Shown here: positions 20,348-31,679 of the stretch, one piece after another | How the letters are laid out: each line of letters begins with the position of its first letter | Numbering within the stretch: position 1 is the stretch's first letter | Assembly: GCA_031370005.1 (NCBI GenBank) | Contig: JANMPT010000003.1 | Coordinates: 1 to 64,000, forward strand | Source: Bdellovibrionales bacterium | Lineage (GTDB): Bacteria; Bdellovibrionota; Bdellovibrionia; Bdellovibrionales; Bdellovibrionaceae | DNA length: 64,000 bases | Direction: 5' to 3' | The notes under the pieces: model-generated | What the model saw: only the letters and a program-made list of their open reading frames with translations | What the model was told of the DNA's origin: nothing | Database searches by the model: none | Program-made: the position numbers and the translations under genes

Positions 20348-20878
20348 CTAGGTCGATGAGTATGCCCACAGAGAATAAAAAAGTGATTTCAATGCTTCAA
20401 AAGAGGCTTCCCAAAGGCCAACCTCATAGCGCCCGGAAACAACCGCATGTTTAAATATCTCAATATTCTCCGGGAAGGCCCCTCTAAAAGTCTTGAATGC
20501 CCGATGCATATGCAAGCGTGAGGTTACAAGAATAATATCTCGGCAACGAAGTGCCTCCACTATTGAAAGGCTCTGCTGGGCATTGCCATAAGTGGTCTCT
20601 GAGCGCCTCTCAAGAACTACATCATCTTCCTTGAGATTTCCATAAAAACTCCATACCGGCATAATTTCGCGCAAATGAGAGTTCGGGTTAACCCCAGAAA
20701 TAATTAATTTTTTTACGTTTTGATTTGCAAGAAGATCAAAGCCTTCCCGTACTCTACCTGCTCCGCCGGTAAGAACCACCGCGCAGTCCGCATTTTGAGT
20801 GTGAGTCCAGGAAGCCATTGGCTCGTCAATAACATCACGATACTCAGAGCTAAATCGAAAAAGTACGGCAAGCACCAA
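20348..20878 (-). CDS. YdcF/DUF218 family protein
   Basis: VVLTGG..R, IISG, SETTYGNA, LVTS.LHMHRA; start uncertain. Confidence 0.85.
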   Translation of the reverse strand: MVLAVLFRFSSEYRDVIDEPMASWTHTQNADCAVVLTGGAGRVREGFDLLANQNVKKLIISGVNPNSHLREIMPVWSFYGNLKEDDVVLERRSETTYGNAQQSLSIVEALRCRDIILVTSRLHMHRAFKTFRGAFPENIEIFKHAVVSGRYEVGLWEASFEALKSLFYSLWAYSST

Positions 20879-20930
20879 GATAAGTAATGCCCAGAAACTT
20901 TTTTTTCGAATGAAAGTTTTCAGGATTTCC

Positions 20931-21308
20931 TTAGCGATGGGCTAAGACCTCGATCTCAATATTCACACCTTTTGGCAAGGCTGCAACCGCCACGGTGGAA
21001 CGTGCCGGAGGCTCGGATGCAAAAGTCTTTGCATAAACTTCATTCACCACAACAAAGTCTGCCATGTTTGTTAAAAAGATAGTTGTTTTTACAACGTGGC
21101 TAAAGTTCATATCGGCGGCCTTTAGTACTCCTTCGATATTTCTAATCACCATCTCAGTTTGAGTTTTAATGTCGCCTGTGAAAACTTCATTTGTTTTAGG
21201 ATCAATTGGAATCTGGCCAGAGCAAAATAAAAACGGACCCATTTGTACTGCTTGTGAATATGGGCCGATGGCTTTAGGTGCCTGTTCCGTAGAAATAATT
21301 TTTTTCAT
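20931..21308 (-). CDS. RidA (YjgF/YER057c/UK114) family deaminase
   Basis: APKAIGPYSQA, SGQIPIDP, PPARS.VAVAALP. Confidence 0.95.
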   Translation of the reverse strand: MKKIISTEQAPKAIGPYSQAVQMGPFLFCSGQIPIDPKTNEVFTGDIKTQTEMVIRNIEGVLKAADMNFSHVVKTTIFLTNMADFVVVNEVYAKTFASEPPARSTVAVAALPKGVNIEIEVLAHR

Positions 21309-21320
21309 AAAAGACTCTCC

Positions 21321-21824
21321 TTAAAAATAGAAGGTAACGGCTGCTTGAAGAGGCGAGTCCGCAATTGTCCTGAAGCGCACATCTTTTAAAGATACAACGC
21401 CCACTCCGCCTTGAAAGCTGAAGCTGAGATTCTCAAGACCAGCAAGGAAAAACTCTGCTCCGAAAAGCCCACTCAGATAAAAACCCGACTGCTTGCTGCC
21501 AGCAGCTTCTTTGTTAATTAAACCGAGCTCTCCGCCCATAAAGAAGTTCATATTGTCCTCTTTAAAAATAATACGACGGACGCCTCCATTCAGAGAAAAA
21601 CTAGAGTTATCTTTCTCCGTGTTAATCCCTAAACCACCAGTGAGTGCGATCTCTGTTGTTGGATAATATATAACTGATAAAGATGGGATGTTGATTGAAG
21701 TGTCATTCTTCACACCAATTCCCAAACGATTCATCATTTCTTTTGCAGAGGCCATATCCGAAAATACGAAAGTGCAAAGTATCGCATAAAACAAAGTGCT
21801 TAAAAAACAAGCTGATGAGCGCAT
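21321..21824 (-). CDS. Small outer-membrane beta-barrel protein
   Basis: Signal peptide, amphipathic beta strands, C-terminal FYF. Confidence 0.65.
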   Translation of the reverse strand: MRSSACFLSTLFYAILCTFVFSDMASAKEMMNRLGIGVKNDTSINIPSLSVIYYPTTEIALTGGLGINTEKDNSSFSLNGGVRRIIFKEDNMNFFMGGELGLINKEAAGSKQSGFYLSGLFGAEFFLAGLENLSFSFQGGVGVVSLKDVRFRTIADSPLQAAVTFYF

Positions 21825-21850
21825 ATTTATCTCCTCTAACAACTCTTGCC

Positions 21851-22543
21851 TCAAAAAAGGCCCGAAGCAATATTAATCGTTAGTGCCAACAGCGTTGTAT
21901 TGAAAAAAAATGCCAACACACAATGCAATAAGCCCGTACGACGCATCCCCCGCGAAGTAAAGCTTATATCCGCCGTTTGGGCGGAGGTGCCAATGATAAA
22001 TGCAAAATAAAGAAAATCGCCATAGTCTGGATTTTCTTCACCAGGAAATAGAAGACCGCCAGAAATGCCTTTGTATAGTGAGGCATAGTAGTCGTGAGCA
22101 TAGTGTATGGCAAACATCATATGGGTGAACAGCCATGATGTGACGATGGTCAAGCCTGCAAGCGCGATATGAGTATAACGAGCGCTTCCGTGCAGTTCCT
22201 TTACGACCGCTAGCTCCGCAACAATCGCGGCCAGGGTTGAAATTGCCGCAAGGACCACAAGTAACAGAACCAAAACTTGTCCCTCATCCTCAAGCCTTGC
22301 GCGATGATTCATTTTTTCCCTGCTTGACCAAAACATCATCCGTACCGCCAGCCCCAGATAAAGGCAAGCGCCGGAGTTCCAGGCAACGATGGAACGTGTA
22401 ATACCATTGTGCGAAAGGGACTCGGGCAAAAATATCGCTACCAATATGCCAAAGAGGATCGAGATTGCCAGCCGTGGGCGAGCGACAATAATTCGAATTA
22501 AAAAAAACTGATGCTTACGAATTGAATGCGTGGCCAAAGACAC
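21851..22543 (-). CDS. DUF1345 family membrane protein
   Basis: [45 protein letters not shown]. Confidence 0.9.
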   Translation of the reverse strand: MSLATHSIRKHQFFLIRIIVARPRLAISILFGILVAIFLPESLSHNGITRSIVAWNSGACLYLGLAVRMMFWSSREKMNHRARLEDEGQVLVLLLVVLAAISTLAAIVAELAVVKELHGSARYTHIALAGLTIVTSWLFTHMMFAIHYAHDYYASLYKGISGGLLFPGEENPDYGDFLYFAFIIGTSAQTADISFTSRGMRRTGLLHCVLAFFFNTTLLALTINIASGLF

Positions 22544-22557
22544 TAGATACCTCTATA

Positions 22558-23700
22558 TTACTGATTTTTTGCCTTAAGCTGCTTAAATTTATTAGCAAAA
22601 AGATCGGTGACAGCATCAACATCATTTTCCCAAGTTTCGCCCTGCACCGGCTGAAGAGTCTGCACCCAACTATTAATGTTTTTCACTGAACGTGAATGGA
22701 TAACGCCCAACTGATAGGCCTCATAAAGAATGATATCTCTATTGTCCGAGGCTGATTGCTTATCAAGAGCTACGCCGACATTGCCATCAAAACGGGGCCG
22801 AACCATCATAGACATATTATTGATTTGAACAACGTTGTAATAAATGGAAATATTCGAGCTTTGGCTCAACTTAAGAGTTGTCATCACCCGATTGGCTGGA
22901 TCAGGAATAGCCCCGAGCGCAACCGGATAAATTGCCGGAGTCACTTCCTCCTTAAATTCCAAATGCACCAGGGACCCTTTGTTGTTTAAAAGAATTTCAT
23001 ATCTTAAAAGACCACCAGAACCACCACCGACTTTTACTGTTGCAAGCATATCAAGTAGTTTTGTATGCGGATCCACATAGGGCCGCAGGTAGACAAGAGC
23101 TTGCTTAATCTGCTTTGCTTCATCAGCAGTGACCTCTCTCATCGAGGAGTCCCGAATAAGCTTATTGCCACTTACTTTATTATCGCTTGGCCGAGTGCCT
23201 TTTTTTTGGCTCTTTTTCATCATGTCTTGAACTGCTGGCGGCATGTTATAATTTTGCCTTTGAATACCGGCTAGGTATGCAACTAAGATTTTATCAATCT
23301 TCGTACTATTGTCATACAGGCGAGAACTTACCATCAGTCGAAAAATATCCAAAACCACAGGACAAGGCCCTGAGTCGTCAATATCATTCATTGAAAATAA
23401 AGAAGCTCCGTTATTTTGTAATAGAACGCCAAAATTCTCAGGGTGAGCGTCTCCGACACACCAGCCAGGGACCCCCCAAGTTGAGGACAAAGATGGAAGG
23501 CTTGATCTGTTGGCTTTAACAATTAAGTAATAATAATCGACATAGGATCTTAAAAAATGAAATGCATCTTTGGCAGTGCTTAGTTTTTGTTGATCAAAAT
23601 TATAATTTACATCTTGCAAACTGGCGCTAGCAACACCCCGTAGCGCAAGACCAAAAATCATAGAGAAGATTAAAATCGCTTTTTTACTTATAGCTATCAT
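22558..23700 (-). CDS. DUF2252-like (kinase-like fold) protein with signal peptide
   Basis: FHFLRS, GDAHPENFG, NDIDDS, K.GGGSGGLLRY, EFKE motifs. Confidence 0.7.
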   Translation of the reverse strand: MIAISKKAILIFSMIFGLALRGVASASLQDVNYNFDQQKLSTAKDAFHFLRSYVDYYYLIVKANRSSLPSLSSTWGVPGWCVGDAHPENFGVLLQNNGASLFSMNDIDDSGPCPVVLDIFRLMVSSRLYDNSTKIDKILVAYLAGIQRQNYNMPPAVQDMMKKSQKKGTRPSDNKVSGNKLIRDSSMREVTADEAKQIKQALVYLRPYVDPHTKLLDMLATVKVGGGSGGLLRYEILLNNKGSLVHLEFKEEVTPAIYPVALGAIPDPANRVMTTLKLSQSSNISIYYNVVQINNMSMMVRPRFDGNVGVALDKQSASDNRDIILYEAYQLGVIHSRSVKNINSWVQTLQPVQGETWENDVDAVTDLFANKFKQLKAKNQ

Positions 23701-23964
23701 TTGTTTCTCTTATGTTAAGCACTATTGTAACCACATGTTATGCTGCCAGAAGCATTCCAAGGCAGGATGTCTATGAATTGCTATTAGAACGCTTTGAGCG
23801 TCTAGTGCCTTGATATGTAACAAAAATTGGCATGCTCTATGTGTCATAAAATCCACCTTACCATTTTTTTTTTGCAGACACCTCCATAAAACTCTGACTA
23901 TTCTCATCAAAGCAAGTCAGGAGACTTGGTTTCGGAAAATTGACCTCACAAAGGGATTATTAGG

Positions 23965-24813
23965 ATGAAGCTTCTTCTAATTATTTTTTTCCACCTCGCA
24001 CTCGTTAGCGGTGCATTTGCAAAAGTTGAAATTGTTCTTGGCAATGTGCCCTTGAATCAAAATACAAATCTACTGGAAACAATTCCAAGCACTGATAATC
24101 CAGAGATCATTATCTCTAAAGATCAATATGTGATCTCATATAATAAAACTCGCCGCGCTCCGAATTGGGTTGCCTGGAAGCTCGAAGCCAATCAAATGGG
24201 GCACACCGGGCGGACCAATAATTTTGCACAAGACGCTGAATTAGAACATTATCTGACTCTGTCCTCTAGTGGGCAGCATGCAGTGACCCCCGCAGAGTTT
24301 AAAGGTAGTTGTTTTGATCGTGGTCATCAAGTGCCTTCGGCAGATCGAACCAGCACTCCCGAAGACAATCAAGCGACCTTTTTAATGAGCAATATGATCC
24401 CACAAACTCCTTATCTAAATCGAGTAATTTGGGAACACTTAGAGCAATACACCCGCGACTTAGTACTGACCCAAGGTAAAAAAGTATACATCATCGCAGG
24501 CCCAATTTATGACGAAGACTTTGGAGCTATTGGACCACTTAATGACATCCCAGTACCCTCAAAAGACTTTAAAGTGATTCTTGTCCTAGATGCGAATCAA
24601 ACTCCAAGTGACATTGATCAAAACACGCCAGTGATTGCCGTGGTAATGCCGAATACATTGCAAGATGGCAGCAAGCCGCTTGTTAACAAAGGCAACCTCT
24701 GTAACAGTGCTTTGGTAGAAAAAGGAAGCGCCGATGACTGGCAGAAATACAAGACCACTGTGTCTGCCATTGAAAAGATGTCAGGAATAAGCATTTCTCA
24801 AGTCCCACACTAG
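23965..24813 (+). CDS. Secreted DNA/RNA non-specific endonuclease (NucA/EndoG family)
   Basis: PNWVAW, DRGHQVPSADR, ATF.MSNMIPQ..LNR.IW.HLE. Confidence 0.93.
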   Translation: MKLLLIIFFHLALVSGAFAKVEIVLGNVPLNQNTNLLETIPSTDNPEIIISKDQYVISYNKTRRAPNWVAWKLEANQMGHTGRTNNFAQDAELEHYLTLSSSGQHAVTPAEFKGSCFDRGHQVPSADRTSTPEDNQATFLMSNMIPQTPYLNRVIWEHLEQYTRDLVLTQGKKVYIIAGPIYDEDFGAIGPLNDIPVPSKDFKVILVLDANQTPSDIDQNTPVIAVVMPNTLQDGSKPLVNKGNLCNSALVEKGSADDWQKYKTTVSAIEKMSGISISQVPH

Positions 24814-24906
24814 ATTATTCAAATATTTTTCGTGAATTCGTCACTCGCCCAAATGCCTCTTTAGTGCTCAGATAGGTCCTTAGACTTCCCAAGTCCGGAG
24901 GCTTAT

Positions 24907-26775
24907 ATGGCAGCTAAGAAGAACTACTCTTGGGTTTTTTTCTTTATTTCAATGGCCCTTATTTTTACATTGCAAAGCTTTTGGTTGAACTCAAGACAGC
25001 TGGCTGAAATTCCATACAGTGAATTTCAATCTCTTTTGAATTCCAAGGAAGTTGATAAGCTGGTCATTAGCGATGAATTAATCCGTGGACAATTCAAAGA
25101 AGTCCGTCCTGATAAGAAAACAGAATTTTACACAGTGCGGGTTCCTGTAGATCTCGCCAAGGACCTAGCCGCATCTGGAGTCACCTATAGCCGTGTGGTC
25201 GAAAATAATTTTTTTCGAGATCTCATGTCATGGACCATCCCTGCATTGATCTTTGTCGGCATCTGGATGTTTTTTACTCGTAAAATGGCTGGCAAGGGAG
25301 GCTTCGGCGCAGGGCTTATGTCTATTGGCAAAAGCCGAGCAAAGCTCTATGTCGAAACTGATGTTAAAACCACTTTTGCAGATGTCGCGGGAGTTGACGA
25401 GGCAATTGAGGAGCTTCAAGAGGTTGTGGAATTTTTGAAAAACCCCGCACAGTATAGCCGCCTAGGTGCCAGAATGCCAAAAGGGGTTCTTCTTATTGGC
25501 CCCCCAGGCACAGGCAAAACTCTTCTGGCAAAAGCCGTCGCAGGGGAAGCAAAAGTTCCTTTTTTTTCTATTAGCGGATCCGAGTTCGTGGAACTTTTTG
25601 TCGGCGTCGGCGCCGCTCGAGTCCGGGATCTATTTGTCCAGGCCCGTGAAAAAGCTCCTTGCATTATTTTTATTGACGAGCTCGATGCCCTAGGAAAAAT
25701 ACGCTCAAATTTAATGGGCCACGGCGGGCACGACGAAAAAGAGCAAACTCTGAACCAACTTTTAGCGGAACTTGATGGCTTTGATACCAAATCTGGCATC
25801 ATCTTGCTTGCTGCTACTAACCGCCCCGAAATTTTAGATCCTGCCTTGTTGAGAGCCGGACGCTTTGATCGTCAGGTCCTAGTTGACCGTCCTGACAAAA
25901 AAGGCCGTGAAGCTATTTTGAAAGTACATTTGTCACAAATCAAATACGATCCCAACCTTCAAGTTGAACATTTAGCCGCCCTAACTTCGGGCTTCACCGG
26001 CGCCGACCTGGCCAATCTTATTAATGAGGCAGCTCTGTTTGCAACTCGACACAAAGCAAATATAGTGGATCAAAATGATTTCATGGCAGCCATTGAACGT
26101 TCAGTTGCTGGTCTGGAAAAGAAAAGCCGTATTCTCAATCCTAAAGAAAGAAAAACCGTGGCTTATCACGAAATGGGCCATGCTTTAGTTGCCGGAGCCA
26201 TTCCTGGTTCAGACAAACCTCAGAAAGTATCAATCATTCCGCGCGGAATCGGCTCCTTGGGTTATACCATTCAACGCCCCACCGAAGACCGCTATATTAT
26301 TACCCGCGAAGAGCTCATGGCAAAAATGTCTATACTCCTGGGGGGACGTGCAGCTGAAATACTGATATTCAACGAGCTCTCTACAGGGGCCGCCGATGAT
26401 TTGGTCCGAGTCGCCAACATTGCAGACGCCCTTGTCAGCAAATATGGAATGAGCCCCGCCGTCGGCACCATTGTTTTTGATCGACAAAGCAGTCCATTTC
26501 TACAAGGATCCCTACCAAATTATGAGCAACGCCAATATAGCGAGGAAACCGCCAGCCTGATTGATCGGGAAATCAAAAGTGTCGTCGAAGAATCAATGGG
26601 ACGAGCAAAAAAAATTCTTTTGCGCAACCGTCATGTGCTTGAGGAGGGGGCTCAACTGCTTCTTGAAAAGGAAACCCTTTCAGAAAATGAGCTTAAAACT
26701 TTGTTCTTAAAAATCACCAGTATTGACTCTAAAGAAGAATTGATTTTTGAAGAAAGCCCGCTTTTAGAGCTATAG
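24907..26775 (+). CDS. ftsH: ATP-dependent zinc metalloprotease FtsH
   Basis: Two TMs, [40 protein letters not shown]. Confidence 0.96.
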   Translation: MAAKKNYSWVFFFISMALIFTLQSFWLNSRQLAEIPYSEFQSLLNSKEVDKLVISDELIRGQFKEVRPDKKTEFYTVRVPVDLAKDLAASGVTYSRVVENNFFRDLMSWTIPALIFVGIWMFFTRKMAGKGGFGAGLMSIGKSRAKLYVETDVKTTFADVAGVDEAIEELQEVVEFLKNPAQYSRLGARMPKGVLLIGPPGTGKTLLAKAVAGEAKVPFFSISGSEFVELFVGVGAARVRDLFVQAREKAPCIIFIDELDALGKIRSNLMGHGGHDEKEQTLNQLLAELDGFDTKSGIILLAATNRPEILDPALLRAGRFDRQVLVDRPDKKGREAILKVHLSQIKYDPNLQVEHLAALTSGFTGADLANLINEAALFATRHKANIVDQNDFMAAIERSVAGLEKKSRILNPKERKTVAYHEMGHALVAGAIPGSDKPQKVSIIPRGIGSLGYTIQRPTEDRYIITREELMAKMSILLGGRAAEILIFNELSTGAADDLVRVANIADALVSKYGMSPAVGTIVFDRQSSPFLQGSLPNYEQRQYSEETASLIDREIKSVVEESMGRAKKILLRNRHVLEEGAQLLLEKETLSENELKTLFLKITSIDSKEELIFEESPLLEL

Positions 26776-26786
26776 TCTATTGGAGA

Positions 26787-27422
26787 TTAAAGACTCGCTA
26801 GGGTCTGTGCAATAGCCTTTCGAGCACTGGCAATCTCGAGCAATACTTCACTGGCCTGCGAAGGTGAAAGCGCATTAGCTACGGCTGCGATGTTGCTCGA
26901 CATCACCATCAATGGCCCATAGAGACTCATTACGACCCCGGCGGCTTGTGAAATAAGGCCGGCAATATAAAGCTGCTTGTTATATTTTTCACTTTCACTA
27001 TATCTGCCCAAGGAGACTTGAATTAATTCCAAGGATTTATCTAGTTCCACTAGCAAGGCAACGGTTCTTTCATCTTCAGGTGCAGCACGGGCCGCAAGAA
27101 TTTCCTGGCGTGCTTTGATCAATGCATTGTTGGCTGGTATTTCACTACTATCATTTTTTTGAAACCTTACAAGAAGCTCTAATGCGCTGGCAACCAGTCC
27201 AGCAGTCGCCGCGCGAACAGACAGGCTCGAAGTGCTATTTCCAGGATTTTGCCGTCGTAGAATGGCAGCGGCAACTTCGGCCAAAGCCTGATCGAGTTTT
27301 TTCAGATCATGACGAATGATTTCTTGCTCGCTAACCCCATACATACCAGAACTTTGTGCTAAAGCGATATTTTGTGCACTCATCAGACAAACGATTGCCA
27401 GTGAAAGAATTCGGGCCTTCAT
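26787..27422 (-). CDS. Hypothetical secreted helical protein
   Basis: AAAGGAG RBS before ATG 27422; signal peptide. Confidence 0.6.
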   Translation of the reverse strand: MKARILSLAIVCLMSAQNIALAQSSGMYGVSEQEIIRHDLKKLDQALAEVAAAILRRQNPGNSTSSLSVRAATAGLVASALELLVRFQKNDSSEIPANNALIKARQEILAARAAPEDERTVALLVELDKSLELIQVSLGRYSESEKYNKQLYIAGLISQAAGVVMSLYGPLMVMSSNIAAVANALSPSQASEVLLEIASARKAIAQTLASL

Positions 27423-27678
27423 ATATGCTCCTTTAAATGGATGCAGCGATCCAATGAGTTGGAGAGCAAAATCTTTGCCAATTGACCATTGATTTAATTT
27501 GATTTGAGTCATTTAAAAACGTCTGAACGCTCTTTGAAAGCCCTTTTGGGCCAGCCAGCGTCTAGAGCTTAGCCGCTCTATTTGGGAAAAGGATAAAAAA
27601 ACAACTTAAACGCAACGCCTTTAGACTTTCAGTTTTTGTTAAATAATTCTAGTCTTAGCCCACCTCAAGGAGAACCAC

Positions 27679-28095
27679 ATGAAAATACTTATCTCAGCTT
27701 TTTTACTAACTATGTCTTTTATCACCGCAGTAGACGTTCAAGCCGCGGATAAAAAAATTGGAAACCTCATCGCAGTAGAACGCAGCATAGACAATATTTA
27801 TAATACATGCGCTGATCAGTTCACCGCACCAACTACTGACTCAAGTTTTTTTTCATGCAAATTCGACGCTAAAAAAAATAGCGCAGATATCACCCCAGCT
27901 GCACAAAGACTTTTGAGCCTATCAACCCCTACTTGTGAGGTTGATGGATACGTACAAAACTCTGTAGTTCTTGTCCTGATCCAAATTAAATCTACTCACG
28001 TAAACCAAGCAAGTGCTAAGGCCTGCCTTCAGCAAGCCCTCGATGCATCCAAGAATAAAGACAGTTTTAAATTTATAATGTACACAATCGAGTGA
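27679..28095 (+). CDS. Hypothetical secreted protein
   Basis: AAGGAG RBS, signal peptide (..VQA|AD), four Cys. Confidence 0.65.
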   Translation: MKILISAFLLTMSFITAVDVQAADKKIGNLIAVERSIDNIYNTCADQFTAPTTDSSFFSCKFDAKKNSADITPAAQRLLSLSTPTCEVDGYVQNSVVLVLIQIKSTHVNQASAKACLQQALDASKNKDSFKFIMYTIE

Positions 28096-28213
28096 ATGCT
28101 TGAATCTGTCAGCTAAGTTAAGACTAAAGTCTATTAAAGACAGCATAAAGCAGTAGCTTCCTAGGCAGAAAGCCCAAGCCAGCTTATTCTTGAGCCCACC
28201 AGGGGGCTTTTGA

Positions 28214-29881
28214 ATGAAGTTTTTGGTGACCGCACTTTTGCTAATTTTTAGTCTTAAAATTTATGCAGTTTCTCCTGATTGGAGCGAAAAAGCTCCAATC
28301 CCCGTGGGTGCCAATCCCTATCAGTTTTCAGCAGATATCTTTCAACAGGTTCGTGATACCGGAAAAATCCATGCACAGATTTATCCTGTCATTGTAACTG
28401 GCATGCTTCCCCCATATGAGCCCACCCGTCATCTAATTGAAGACTCTTCAGCAAATCCTCTGCGTGAATTCCTGAACGCTCTCGTTCGTGGAGTTTCCGG
28501 TTATCATAGTATGGAAGACGTTCTTAAAGAACTTGGGCTTCATGAATATCCGAAAGCCACCGACCAAGGAGTTTATGCTGTCCCCTATCCTCAAGGAGTT
28601 CGCCCTGACCATCGAATGGGTTTCGGGCTCATTGACACTGAGCTAGGAACTGGATTTAGTTTTAGTTGCGCTGCTTGCCACTCCGCAAATCTCTTTGGAA
28701 AAACCGTTCTTGGCATGACAAACCGCTTTCCCCGAGCTAATGAGTTTTTTATTAAAGCCAAAAAGGCAAGCGAGTTCGTCCAACCAGCATTTTTTAAAGC
28801 CTATACAAATGCCACCAGCGGCGAAACTCAGATGTTAAAACAACTCAAACAAAATATAAAATCCATAGAAGTGAAGAAGCCCATCGCACTTGGCCTAGAT
28901 ACCTCGCTCGTTCAAGTAAGCCTCTCTTTAAATCACCGCAATAAAGATCCCTTTGCAACATTCAGTGAATTTTATGCATCAAACCCACGCCCTGACGCTA
29001 TTTTAGATTCCGCTCCTGCAGATTCAAAACCTGCCGTCTGGTGGAATTTAAAATATAAAAACCGCTGGCTCTCAGATGGCTCCGTTATCAGCGGCAATCC
29101 CATCGTGACCAACATCTTATGGAATGAAATTGGCCGTGGTGCAGATCTTATGAAACTCGAATCTTGGTTGTTACAAAATGAAAAAATCATACAAGAAATC
29201 ACGACGGCTGTTTTCTCTTCAGAAGCTCCGCGCTTCACGGATTTCTTCACTGCTGACAAAATAGATCTGGTAAAAGCCAAACAGGGTGAAGAGATTTTTA
29301 ATAATGCATGCGCGCGCTGCCATGGTCACTATGACAAGGCCTGGAGTCTTCCAAACGCAAATCAGCTAAGCCCCCTTGAAAAATTACAAACCATTGCAGT
29401 TCGCTATAAAACGCAAACTCAGGTTAAGGATGTGGGAACAGATCCCTACCGCTATCGCGGCATGAAATCACTTGAGCAGCTCAATGATCTTTCGATTCCT
29501 AAAAAAAATGGGGTTGTAGTGCGTGCTCAACAGGGCTATGTGCCTCCGCCCCTGGTGGGAATTTGGGCACGCTGGCCCTACTTTCACAACAACTCGGTGC
29601 CGAGTCTTTGCGCAGTCCTGAGTGCACAGAAAAATCGCCCGCAGTTTTATTATTCTGGCGAAGCTCAAGTACCTGAAACCGATTTTGATATTGACTGTAA
29701 TGGTTATCCCTTAGGATCGAAGACTCCGAATAGTTGGAAAAATTCAAAGCATCTCTATGACACCCGCAAGATCGGGATGGGCAACCAAGGACATGATGAA
29801 GACATTTTCCTTGAAAAGGGCAGAGAGCTTCTTTCGCCGCAGCAAAAGAAAGCTCTCATTTACTTCTTACAAACTCTTTAG
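28214..29881 (+). CDS. Secreted di-heme c-type cytochrome, RoxA-like family
   Basis: CAACH and CARCH; VGTDP.R; YVPPPLVGIWARWPYFHNNSVP; YDTR..G.GN.GH. Confidence 0.8.
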   Translation: MKFLVTALLLIFSLKIYAVSPDWSEKAPIPVGANPYQFSADIFQQVRDTGKIHAQIYPVIVTGMLPPYEPTRHLIEDSSANPLREFLNALVRGVSGYHSMEDVLKELGLHEYPKATDQGVYAVPYPQGVRPDHRMGFGLIDTELGTGFSFSCAACHSANLFGKTVLGMTNRFPRANEFFIKAKKASEFVQPAFFKAYTNATSGETQMLKQLKQNIKSIEVKKPIALGLDTSLVQVSLSLNHRNKDPFATFSEFYASNPRPDAILDSAPADSKPAVWWNLKYKNRWLSDGSVISGNPIVTNILWNEIGRGADLMKLESWLLQNEKIIQEITTAVFSSEAPRFTDFFTADKIDLVKAKQGEEIFNNACARCHGHYDKAWSLPNANQLSPLEKLQTIAVRYKTQTQVKDVGTDPYRYRGMKSLEQLNDLSIPKKNGVVVRAQQGYVPPPLVGIWARWPYFHNNSVPSLCAVLSAQKNRPQFYYSGEAQVPETDFDIDCNGYPLGSKTPNSWKNSKHLYDTRKIGMGNQGHDEDIFLEKGRELLSPQQKKALIYFLQTL

Positions 29882-29884
29882 AAT

Positions 29885-30994
29885 CTAAATGCTAGATAAT
29901 AACTCTTCCAAGGCCGCTTGATCTTTCACTCCGTGAAATTTCAAATCCACACGACGATTTTGCTGCATATCCTCTGGTAGCAAAGACTTATAACGCACTC
30001 CAGGGGGCTCCTGCCAGCTAGTTTGGATTTTCTTCTTATCCAATCCTCCTTGCGTAAGTCGTTTTGAAACCTGTTCAGATCTTGCCTTAGAGATTTTCAT
30101 GTTGCTTTGATCTGAGCCAGTTTGATCTGCAAAGCCTACGACTTCAACTTTTTGAAAAAGATCCGGCCTTTGAGAAAGTGCTTTGCCGAGCCTCTCAACA
30201 TAATCTGCATTTATCCCCGTCAAAGTCACACGACCTGGATCAAATTGCATATGCACATCATTTCTCATTGTCATCATGTTATCTTTTGGATCGCCCTCAA
30301 TCACTCGCTGCGAATTAATTCCATAAGTCTCATCTGAGGCCATTTCACGTTTGGTTTCAACACTTGCTCTAGCGACCGGCGGCGCCTTCTGCTCGGAGCC
30401 AAAGCCCCATTGCAGATCCAGCATCACCGTACTAATGCTTGTGCTTGGGATACTAAGACTTGTTAAGCCTTTTAGACCCACGCGAAACATATTGGAATTA
30501 TTTATTGGAATTTCCTTGATCAGTTGCAAGCCACCAAAAGTAGTAAGGTTCGGATCGCTGGAGCCATAACGGTCACCGCCCCCAATATAGCTATCTGCGG
30601 CCACACCGAACTGCCAACGATTCGCCCAATTATATCTCCAGGCCAACTCTGCAAGTCCTCCAGAGATAAAATTATTTTGTGTATTACTTTTTTGCGTAAA
30701 ACTATCACTCATAAAGCCTAATCCCGCATCAAAAACATTATGCCTATCTTCGCTGAAATAAGACCCTATGACTTTCAGGTCCCCTGGCATCCCCTCGGTC
30801 TTCAAAGTATTATCTGAAGACATATACCCACTCGACAGTCCTATAAATGGGAACCACCCCACTGGATCATGAACGTTCATGGAGCCCATTTTGAACATGC
30901 CCATTGCTGAGGTTTGCGATTCTTCGGCCATTGTTGTTAGAGAAGCGAACAGACTTACTACAGTAAGAGATGTTGCCATTGTTTTTTTGAACAT
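29885..30994 (-). CDS. OmpA family outer membrane protein
   Basis: Signal peptide, beta-barrel N-domain, C-terminal VVGFADQTGS..SN..IS.AR..V and NRRVD. Confidence 0.85.
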   Translation of the reverse strand: MFKKTMATSLTVVSLFASLTTMAEESQTSAMGMFKMGSMNVHDPVGWFPFIGLSSGYMSSDNTLKTEGMPGDLKVIGSYFSEDRHNVFDAGLGFMSDSFTQKSNTQNNFISGGLAELAWRYNWANRWQFGVAADSYIGGGDRYGSSDPNLTTFGGLQLIKEIPINNSNMFRVGLKGLTSLSIPSTSISTVMLDLQWGFGSEQKAPPVARASVETKREMASDETYGINSQRVIEGDPKDNMMTMRNDVHMQFDPGRVTLTGINADYVERLGKALSQRPDLFQKVEVVGFADQTGSDQSNMKISKARSEQVSKRLTQGGLDKKKIQTSWQEPPGVRYKSLLPEDMQQNRRVDLKFHGVKDQAALEELLSSI

Positions 30995-31263
30995 AAAGTC
31001 CTCCTTTTGAATGGTCTTACGTATAGCCAAGTCCTGTGTAAGAACCGTGAAGGAAGTATGACAATTTCGAGATTAATACTAAAAAGGACATAAAAAAGTA
31101 CTTTCCTTTTTTAAAGAGTGTCTTTGGCCATAAAAACGACCCAAGACCTCGACCTTGGAAGGAGCCAAATAAGGAGCAAGAGCCCAGCGAATTGAAACTT
31201 AATCAATTTTAGTAGGCTGCCGATAAGACTCTAGAAGCAAAACCTAACAAAGGGGTATTATTT

Positions 31264-31572
31264 ATGGGTTTTAACCAACAATATGATGTTCCGGGTCTTT
31301 TTGACTTCCTCACAAACACTCCCGAGACCGGTCTCAGAAAAATGCTGGTTGATAATAAAACTTTCACAGACGTTCATTTTAGTCTCATGATGAAAGTTGT
31401 TCGTACATGTGATGAAACAAAATTCTGCGAACACACCGAAAAAACAGATTTTCCAAAGGTAAAATTTGGAGCAGCTGAAATCAAACTCAAAGAAAAATTC
31501 TGGAATGACTGCTTTACTTGTCTTTCAAGCAAAGGCCTTCTGAATCCAGCTCAGAAAAAGCATGCAGCTTAA
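31264..31572 (+). CDS. Hypothetical protein
   Basis: 102-aa ORF with RBS; GCCGATAA sigma28-like -10 at 31219-31226. Confidence 0.7.
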   Translation: MGFNQQYDVPGLFDFLTNTPETGLRKMLVDNKTFTDVHFSLMMKVVRTCDETKFCEHTEKTDFPKVKFGAAEIKLKEKFWNDCFTCLSSKGLLNPAQKKHAA

Positions 31573-31593
31573 ACGATCATAAACTCCCATCGC

Positions 31594-31679
31594 GCGCGGG
31601 TGGTGAAATGGTAGACACGCAGGTCTCAGAAGCCTGTGGCCGAAAGGCTGTGGGGGTTCAAGTCCCCCCTCGCGCACCA
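31594..31679 (+). tRNA. tRNA-Leu(CAG)
   Basis: Acceptor GCGCGGG/CTCGCGC, anticodon stem CAGGT/GCCTG with loop CTCAGAA, long variable arm, GGGGG-TTCAAGT-CCCCC, encoded CCA. Confidence 0.95.
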
